This document shows, piece by piece, positions 54,915 to 64,000 of a DNA stretch of 64,000 nucleotides. The notes beneath the pieces are model-generated. The model did no database searches. It was given only the letters and a program-made list of their open reading frames with translations, and was not told where the DNA came from. This stretch comes from Octopus vulgaris (taxonomy: Eukaryota), in contig OX597828.1 of assembly GCA_951406725.2 (NCBI GenBank), positions 56,544,001 through 56,608,000 of the forward strand. The letters run 5' to 3'. How positions within the stretch are numbered: position 1 is the stretch's first letter; the number at the start of each line of letters is the position of its first letter. The translations under genes were made by a program, and so were the position numbers.

Positions 54915-55502
54915 CATGCATATTTATATATGTATATGTATATGTGTATATATGTATGTATGCATGTATATATGCATGCATGTATGTATGTTTGTATATA
55001 TGTATATATGTATATATCACTGCACTGACCAACTATTGGATGTTAACACACACATCTTCTCACATTGTGCTTCCTTGTATTGTTGTAGATTTCGAATGAC
55101 GATACTGTTGTTGTTAGGTGAGTAGTTCATTAATTGCAACGAAGGGAACGTCAGTCTTTTGCAGTTTAACCATCCACAGCTTCGTGGACTAGAACATAGT
55201 GCAATGTCGTGTTTCATTGCTTCACCTAGAAATCGAAACCACGATCTTCGGGTCGTGAGTGAAACTCCCTAACCACAAGGTCCCACGTGTTCAGAAGCAC
55301 ACGTTCATACACACACATACACTTAATCACGCACACATATATACGACTTCTTTTTCACACTTTGCGTTTACACGTATTCATCTCACTTTGTTGAATATGT
55401 TATACAGTCTCATGAGAATTAGATGTATACAAAATGTATACAAATTTAAACTTGAAGTTTTAACTAGCAACTTTAATCAAAACTTATATACTGATCAACT
55501 GT

Positions 55503-55795
55503 GTGGAGACACATGACCTAGTGGTTAGAGCAGCGGTCTCACAGTCGAGGGATCGCGGGTCGCATCTCAGAGCGGTCGATGTGTGTGTTTATGAGCGAAA
55601 CATCTAAGCTCCACGCGGCACCGGCAGAAGGTAATGGTGAACTTCTGCTGACTATTTCGCCACAACTTTCTCTTATTCTTTCCTCGTTGCAGCTCACCTG
55701 CGACAAACCGGCGTCCCATCCCAGTGGGGAACCTATACGCCAAGGAAACTAGAAAACCAGCCCTTATGAGCTAGGCGTGGCGCGAGAAGAAAAAA
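55503..55795 (+). mobile_element. SINE family D/E-related
   Basis: tgacctagtggttagagcagcgg...gatcgcgggtcg head; tatgagcgaaacatctaagctccacg body. Confidence 0.75.
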
Positions 55796-57904
55796 CACAC
55801 TGATCAAATAAAAGGAATACTAGTGTTTGAGTGCTTTTTGTGATGGCCATATGGATTACATGCAAACCACATCTTGGGTTGTCGATCAACTATCTAAATA
55901 GCGAGTCGGATTAAATAAACAATAAATAGAGACACATAGAGCAATGCCTCTATAGACGAATACGATAAGTCTGAACTTCTTTCAGGCCGCTTGTATGGAA
56001 AATTTCTAACTTGACAGGATATCGTTTCTGTGGCCAAAGTCCCTTCCTATTGTGTAACGTATGTCACCTCTCATAAATTTGCCCAAGAAAGCATCTCATA
56101 AAATTGCTCATGGAATTTTCTTAAGAAAGAAAGGTACTTGTTTAATATTTGTTTAATTACTGTTTATAAAGTAACTATTCAAATATTAGTAATAGCAGTG
56201 TTATTCACATATTACAATGTGAAACACACACAAAGACCGTTAGCATAACTTAAATCTTTATTATTTGCAGTCAAAATATTCGTCGTATCAACAGCAATCT
56301 GTACACTGACTTGAACTCATTGCATTTTGCTTTAGACATTACACTAAATTTTGACACGAAAATATATTTCGTTTACTAAGTACCCAATGAGGCATCGTTA
56401 CATATACGCACGCAATATTCTATAAAATTTAATTACTAATATCAGTAAATGTACCATATAATTATCTTGTAACATAATCGTATGATGAAAAGATTATCGT
56501 TAACACCTCTTATTAGTATTAGGAAGCACTAATCAATAGCGTGTTTCCAGATAAAATCTGATATATCACATATCCAAATATTCAAATGACTAACAATATG
56601 CAGAAAACTTTACCTGGTATAATTCCGGAAATTAGTTTCAACGTCAGAACACATATTACTGAATAATTCCTAAATTGAATTTCTCCTCGCGTTCTGTCGA
56701 ATCAAATTTGTAATAAGATGTCCATGAGTTAAAAGAAAGAGTCCGTCGTAATCGTTTGCACCTGTAGGAATTAATTATGAGTTTCTAATTATTACAACGA
56801 AATGTTGCATCGTTAATTATTTCAATACCAAAAGGATACTGAAACACTATTGCGTGTATGTCCGTAGCTGCGAACTGAAGTTCTCTAAAAGCTAGTGCCT
56901 ATGCAAAGCAATGGCGTTGATACGAGCATTTGGCTTAAAGTTTACACAGGATATGTTGAAAATCATTTCTGATGCTGAGATTTCGACTTCCGTTCACATA
57001 GCGAAAATATCTATTATTAGCATTATTATCATCTAGTGCTCTCAGGTCAAGCAGACCTAAAATTCAAAATGAACAGATGTGACACATTTTTTTATTATCT
57101 CCACTGTTCATGGCGATATTCGATGTTTCTTTACTGGTAGGTGAGAGATGTATAAACCTTGAAGCGGACTGTCTTTTCTTTTAAGACCTTCAGCTGTGTA
57201 CGATATCTAAAACAAGTATTAGTCAGAGCGAATGTAGATATATCATTTTTATTCACATGAATTTAGTTACTTATATTGTGGCAAGAGGCGCTACATTCAG
57301 AAATGTAGCATGGGAATTGTTTCCTCCTGTTTAAAATCGTATGAAGAAATGTTGAATAATAATTTTCCCCTATTATATCAACTGTTTCAAAATATGAAAT
57401 TCTAAAACACGATCTAAGGTGAAATACATATTTAGTAAAGCCAAAAACCACACTACATACAACAAAAACACAGTACCAATATTTTCCTTCATTATATTTA
57501 CTGAAGAATCATAAAAGAAAAATGCAGCGGAATATGATGACATGTTAGTACATATATAATTTCATATATTAGTAAAAGGAATGCTAGATTTCGAACGAGC
57601 AATATTAACGTTACTCAGTAAAGGACATATGGCGTAAACGCTTTACACGCGTATTACAGAATAACGTGAGCAAATTTTGCAACACTGTTATAATAATATT
57701 TTACAAGATCTGAACATACTTCCATTTTCAAAATCAGGTTAATCAAGTTGGTGTCTCAATGTCAATGACCAAAATTTATTAATCAAATACAATTGTCATG
57801 GGATACACATAGTTTACTTCGAAATGATTAAATTTATTCTATGTCTAATGAAAATTAATATCACAAGTAATAATCATCATGTATATATATATATATATAT
57901 ATAA

Positions 57905-57951
<47 letters not shown>

Positions 57952-57969
57952 TGCGTGTGTGTGTGTGTG

Positions 57970-58286
57970 TGGAGGCGCAATGGCTAGTGGTTAGGGCAGC
58001 GGACTCGCGGTCGTAGGATCGCGGTTTCGATTCCCAGACCGGGCGTTGTGAGAGTGTTTATTGAGCGGAAACACCTAAAAGCTCCACGAGGCTCCGGCAG
58101 GGGGGGGGTGATCCCTGCTGTACTCTTTCACCACTCTTTCTCCCACTATTTCTTCTGTTGGCCTGATCGCTTAGCCAGCAGGGTGGCGTCATTCGAAGGC
58201 TAAAACAATGCGAATGAAATGTGACCAGGGATGTGTAACTACATGTGATGGACTGGTCGGTCACGTGATGAGGATCACGTGGTGAT
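57970..58286 (+). mobile_element. SINE family D
   Basis: Near-identical to 37663-37968. Confidence 0.88.
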
Positions 58287-58389
58287 ATATATATATAAGC
58301 ATATACATATACAGCAGTCCTCAAAAGGGGTAAACGTGCCCTAGGAAAACCACTACTTATTCTCTTCCAGAGTTTTCTTACGAAAGGTA

Positions 58390-59914
58390 AGCTGCCAAAC
58401 TGAAGGCAGGAATAATATTCTCAATCCTTACAGGAAGAAGCAGAGCAGATGCCAAAAATTATAGGCCTAAGTCTCTGACTTCATGCATCAGTAAAGTCAT
58501 GGAACAAATTGTCAAAAAACCAATTGCATTCCTTGATGAAATCGGTTTTTGAGTGATACCCAGTATGATTTTCAACCATGTGTCAGATGCTGCCTGCTAC
58601 ATTGCCAAACATAATGATGTAGGAGCTGTGTCTGGCGCTGTCTGACACAGCTTCTAAATCACTATGTTTGGCTGTTGAAGGAGTTATTCGACAACTCAAA
58701 TGTAGACGAAATATACCTTGATTTTTAAAAGATTTTGATAAAGTTGATCATTGTATGATATGCCACAAACTGCGCGAATTTGGCATAGGTGGAAAATCTG
58801 GAGAGTGGTTTCTATCTTTCAGGCAGTGGTGGCCAATGGAGCCACCTCAAGGGAAACACAAATAGTGAGTGGTGTTACACAGAACAGTTTTAGGACCACT
58901 GCTTTTCAGAGTGACACTTTCAGATAAGCCCTCAGCTGACTGGATAGCCACCCTAGCTAGTTAGGTAGAGGACACGAATGCTTCACAGAAATACAAAACT
59001 CTAGCGATGGTGTACGCCCACAAAAGCGGATGGACATAATTTTCAGATGGGCTGAGTACAATGATATGCAGTTAAATGCTTTAACATTACAAGCCGTCTA
59101 ATAAGCACCCAAAATTGAACGAAAAACATACAGGGTACACTGGCCCAGAGGGTATTACAATCTCAGAATCTAAATCAGTCCGTTACCCGGGTATCGACAT
59201 GACTGATGACACCTCTTTACAAGTGGACATTACCAAGATGGGGACAAAGTGAAGACGTCTGGCTGGATGAATCCTGACAACCTTCAGAACCAGAGAAGGA
59301 AATCATGATGGTCGTGTGGCGGACATTCGTCCGCAGCTGCCTTGACTATTGCTCCCAACTAGTGCCACACGACAGTGTAACATTAACAGCGGACCTTGAA
59401 GTAATCCAGGGAGGCTACAGAAAGGACTTGCTCCCATTGCAACAGCTTAGTTACTGGGAAAGGTTGAAACAGCTAAGTCTCTATATCTTGAAGCGAAAGC
59501 GGGAAAGATATGCAGTGATATACATTTGGAAGATCCTAGAAGGGAGTCTATCAAATTTTGGCATTGAAAGTTATACAAATGCCAGAACTGGTCGCCACTG
59601 CACAATGCAAAATATCCCCACAATGTCGTCGGGTTTCAGGGCCAGTTGCTGCAACAGCCTGGGTTTCAAGGGCCCACATCTTTTTAATATTCTCCGAAAA
59701 ACCCTGAGGAACTTACACAAATTGAATCTATTCCTGTCGAGAATCCCAGATGAATATACATTGCAGCAGGAGGCGCAAATGAAGGCTGCAACATAAAACA
59801 CCATTATACACCAAATGCCACATATCAGAGGAGGTTCTCAACAATAACAGTCCAGCAAACCGGCGGTGCCCCATCATTACCGCAGCTTCAAGCAGAAACC
59901 TATGAAAGGTAAAA
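58390..59914 (+). pseudogene. decayed CR1-type LINE (RT domain to 3' end)
   Basis: AKNYRPKSLTSCISKVMEQIV, IYLDF, FDKVDH, FVRSCLDYCSQL, YWERLKQLSLY.L.RKRERY; 3' module ggcggtgcccc...gaaac. Confidence 0.88.
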
Positions 59915-60094
59915 ACGACACCCACAATTTCAATCATTTGATTGTTAAAGGGAACAACTCTCAGAGGTAGAACACCATTTCACTATGGAATTATATTGGT
60001 GTGATACATGCACATGTACATGTGTGCATACATGTACGTATACATGTATGATGTATGTATACATGTGTAAATATGTGTGAAGTATGTATACATG

Positions 60095-60345
60095 GTGGAG
60101 GTGCGTGGCTTAGTGGTTAGGGTTTCAGCATCATGATCGTAAGATTGTGGTTTCGATTCCTAGACTTGGCGACGCGTTGTGTTCTTGAGCAAAACATTTC
60201 ATTTCACGTTGCTCCAGTCCAATCAGCTGGCAAAAATGAGTAACGCTGCAATGGACTGGCATCCCGTCCAGCTGGGGAACACATACACCAGAGAAACCAG
60301 GAAACTGGGCCCATGAGTCTGGATAGGCTTTAAAAGGGCGCATTT
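60095..60345 (+). mobile_element. SINE family E (CORE-like)
   Basis: A-box tggcttagtgg, B-box ggtttcgattcc; matches 10606-10855. Confidence 0.85.
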
Positions 60346-60612
60346 ATTGTTATTTCTATGTATACGTGTGCAAATATGTATAAACACCACATGCCCACAC
60401 ATGTATATATTTTCTGCCTCATATGTGCCCATATATTTGCGTATGCATCCCTCATTATCATCATCATCATCGTTAAGCGTGCACATGGAAAATGGACATT
60501 TTGAGATAATGATTATGATAATGGGTGCATGGGCGGATGTGTGAATGCACGTGAGCTGGAGAGGATATTTATGTGTGTGCATGTGTGTGTATAATGCATG
60601 AATATACATGTG

Positions 60613-60666
60613 TCTTACATTTGTTTCTGGGATATATCAAATTATGGGATATTCCTTCATCAGAAA
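60613..60666 (-). ncRNA. type I hammerhead ribozyme motif, slightly decayed
   Basis: Minus strand ttt-CTGATGA-a-ggaatatc-ccataattt-gatatatcc-ca-GAAAC-aaat-GTA-aga; weak stem I. Confidence 0.65.
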
Positions 60667-61124
60667 TGAATAGGGAAAGAATAAGGAAAATGAGAAGGGT
60701 ATATATTAATGAAATGACGACATAGAGAAAGGGAGTAAAGGTGTAAGGAGATGAAGAGAGAGAAGAAAAAAGAGGCGTAAACTTTCATAGTTTCACTTTC
60801 CGTTGTTGTAGAAACAAGTGCATAAATCCATAGGGTATAACCTTGGAGCCCTACTAATACATTACAGCTCTTACGTAACATACCTAATCGTTTAGATCAC
60901 CTTTGAATTAAACCCCCATACATTATATATGTTAAACTATATGTATACAGATACACATATATGATGGCTGCCCCATCGTTTTCGAATATGGCCATTGCAC
61001 GAAGCTTAACTGTTATTGGTGCTGAGATCGAATGTGACTCTTATTTGGTTTTTAAGGCTACAGCCAGCCATTCAGTTGAGACTCACAGCACTATCAACAA
61101 TCATGAACAATGTTGGTATATATA

Positions 61125-61191
<67 letters not shown>

Positions 61192-61299
61192 GGAGAGAGT
61201 AATGTATATATTATTGTTTTTATGATATGTAGGAAAGTAAATATTTGAGTTAGCATGATTTCCCCACCTCTCCCCCCAAACCAAAATATATATAATCAA

Positions 61300-62240
61300 A
61301 CATTTTTTTACCAAATGACATATATATTATACTTCATTAACTGCACCACCGCAGTCACACATTAGAACATCGATAATTACTGAGAGAAACAATTTTGAAA
61401 AACATCTGATCATTAGATTTCTGACGGAACGTCAAATATTCAAATGGCTTCACAAAACGCTCATTTAACACTTCACCACCTCCCAAATTCACCACCAATC
61501 AAGTATCTGGTGTTGACCCTTCACTACTTACAGCTATCATTCATCAACATTCTTTCCCTTCCACGCTAATTAACAAACAAAACCACCACCCCACCCCACC
61601 CAAAAGTTCTCTAAATAAGTTGACAAAAATTTATTTAAAAATATTTCCCACGCATCCTTTTCCAAGTATTCTTTATCTTAATAATTACGATGCACACTCT
61701 TCTTCTATCTCTACTATCTCTACTTTGTCTACCTCTCTCCCTCTCTTGTTCTTCGTCCTTTCTGGTTTTCTCTCCCACCCGTCCCTATTCTTCTCCTCTC
61801 CTCTTCACCATTCCCTCTCTCCACTGTTCCTCCTTGACTCTCTCGTCGCTGACACATGACGAAAGAAAAACTATCTTTTTGCCCATTTCCTTACACCTGT
61901 CTCCTTTCATAAGCTCGTCTTCCTAGTGTTCATAATAATTTTTCTATCGTCTTGACTTACAACCCTCACCGTTTGTTTATACTGTCTTCTTCTCACTGTC
62001 CTGTTCTTGTTACCACTGTCACTCTCCGCAATAAATCCCGAATTTTATTTAATTTGCTTCGTGAGAAGGATTGTTTCAAGGAAGTCGCGTATTGACCTTG
62101 CCTTCGACGCGGCGAAGATGAAACAGGGACAATTGCTGAAGGGGAATATTCTTTATATTGCATGTCTCGTTTCTCTGTTTGCTTTTTTTTCGGTGTTCGA
62201 AAAAGTTCGTTTCTGTTTTCGTTTAAAACGTTTTTTGATA
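61300..62240 (+). mobile_element. possible decayed Penelope-like 3' end: GIY-YIG-like remnant, CT-rich tract, repeat shared with 32930-33365
   Basis: YILYFINCT remnant is weak; the repeat match at 61845-62240 is clear. Confidence 0.4.
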
Positions 62241-62285
62241 TCCTGTACCCATATATGCATGTATATATACACATATGTGTAGGTA

Positions 62286-62347
<62 letters not shown>

Positions 62348-62370
62348 GAGCAAGAGAGAGAGAGAGAGAG

Positions 62371-63100
62371 TCTCTTATTATAAAAGGCAGATTTTATCTG
62401 CCTCCCTTTGTCAGTTATAGGAATCTACAATATAGGATTTCTTCAATTACAATTTACCTAGCATTTTAAGAGTAGAATGCATCGGGTCATGCCAGGTCCA
62501 GTTTTTAAAATTCAAACTCCAATTAAGCAAAATTTACAGAAAACTCACATTCTGGTGTGTATGTCAACTGCTTTTCTTAATGTGGTTTACACCACACGCA
62601 CACACACAGTGTGCAACGAATAAAGTGAAAGTAATTCACTGTGTGTGTGTTGACAGGTAGACAATAGAATGCGATGGCGATGGCGATGGCGATGTAATAT
62701 TTGTTTCTGTCTATCACGCTGATAGATACATGGGTAAAATGTATGGCAAGCTAAGAGATAAGAGTGAGTGAAAATGTTCTTGGAAGAGAGTAAATAGCGA
62801 CAGAGTGATTTGAGGAAGACTAAACTGAAAGTATTTCTATAAAACGGATCACTCATGCTATCAACATAATTTCTCCCACTTTGTCTTTGCAAGTGTACCT
62901 TAAACCACTACTCAAAAAATAAAAAACACAGCAAACAGAAACAAATAAATACATAACGATTTACTCCTCACACAATTTCTTCAATTAGAGTTTACCTAAG
63001 ATTTTTCAAAGTACTCCATTCGGTCATGCCATAACAAATTTCTTTCAATTTCACCCCCAATTAAGACAAAATTCGAGAAAACTCAATATTTTAACATTTC
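62371..63100 (+). mobile_element. putative non-autonomous Helitron-like repeat (right boundary unknown)
   Basis: Starts tctcttattataaaa; hairpin aggcagat-ttt-atctgcct; diverged ~115-bp direct repeats at 62437-62551 and 62975-63090. Confidence 0.35.
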
Positions 63101-63136
63101 ACTCCGAAAGCATTGATGTACATGTGTGCGTGCGTG

Positions 63137-63178
<42 letters not shown>

Positions 63179-64000
63179 ATTGGTTGTGCGACACAGAAAG
63201 TGTGGTGTGTAAGTGAAGTGCTTTTGTTAGTGTATGTAAAGAGACAGACAGAGTGAAAGACAGAAATAACTGAACTTTTTTTATTCACTTTTTGTAGTGA
63301 GTGACTGAGAGAGAAAAGAGAGAGAGAGGTTATGTATGTATATATGTATGTATGGCTTCAGTGACACACACACACAAAAACACATACCTACGTACACCTA
63401 AAGCACGCACACACACACACGCAAGCGGAGCGTGAACTTCAAAATGTTGGTAGTATTAATTTGCGAGCGTACTTCTAAGCGCGCGTAATTGAAAGTTTTC
63501 ACTATGATATCATCACATGCGAAAAAATTCGAAGGGTTTTGAACAATTGAGATACAGATGTCACGCCTGTATTGAAACCATTGCTAAGCTGCCGTAATTG
63601 CTTAATTAAGACTTTGTTTAAATTGAAAGGGGCAAATATGTGACGAGGTTGAAAAAAAATACCCCAGAAAAAAAAAATGTACTGCTGCTATTTATATAAT
63701 TCACTACTATTTTGCTACAATGTCATGAAAAAGAAAAAAATTAGGTATGTACAACATATATTATACATTTTTTCTATTCATTCAACGAAAATAAAAAAAT
63801 CGAATTCGCCACCCCCTTTTCCCCGTTCGCGTTTGTGTAAAAAAAAATTATTATTTAAGTTTTAAAAATTATTTACTTTGTTCAAAAAATATTAATATTA
63901 ATTAATTTTCAAGGATTATTTAATTTTATTCTGTAAAATAGTAATTAATTCATTTATCTGTAAATCCGCGAGGTTGTTACTCAGGCACCTAGAAATAGCA

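Overview
Eukaryotic, AT-rich, microsatellite-dense DNA whose SINE repertoire suggests a cephalopod, probably Octopus (inference). No host gene can be firmly supported; a possible start exon lies on the minus strand at the left edge. Nearly all short ORFs in the track are microsatellite or antisense artefacts. The window is a transposable-element landscape. It holds one CR1/L2-type LINE with an uninterrupted APE+RT ORF2 and an unusual twin-CCCH ORF1, two R4/Dong-type fragments in (TAA)n arrays, relics of RTE, CR1, Penelope, mariner, maT and Helitron elements, and many tRNA-derived SINEs. The most striking signal is non-coding: at least 8 recognisable hammerhead ribozyme (HHR) motifs from about 5 sequence-unrelated families, plus several decayed ones. 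Most sit in tandem and/or inverted footprints embedded in (TA)n. Two loci (36.6-37.5 kb, unit ~365 nt; 40.3-41.1 kb, unit ~479 nt) look like ORF-less retrozyme-type units that may be mobilised by Penelope-like elements. All calls were made by eye; boundaries of decayed elements are approximate.
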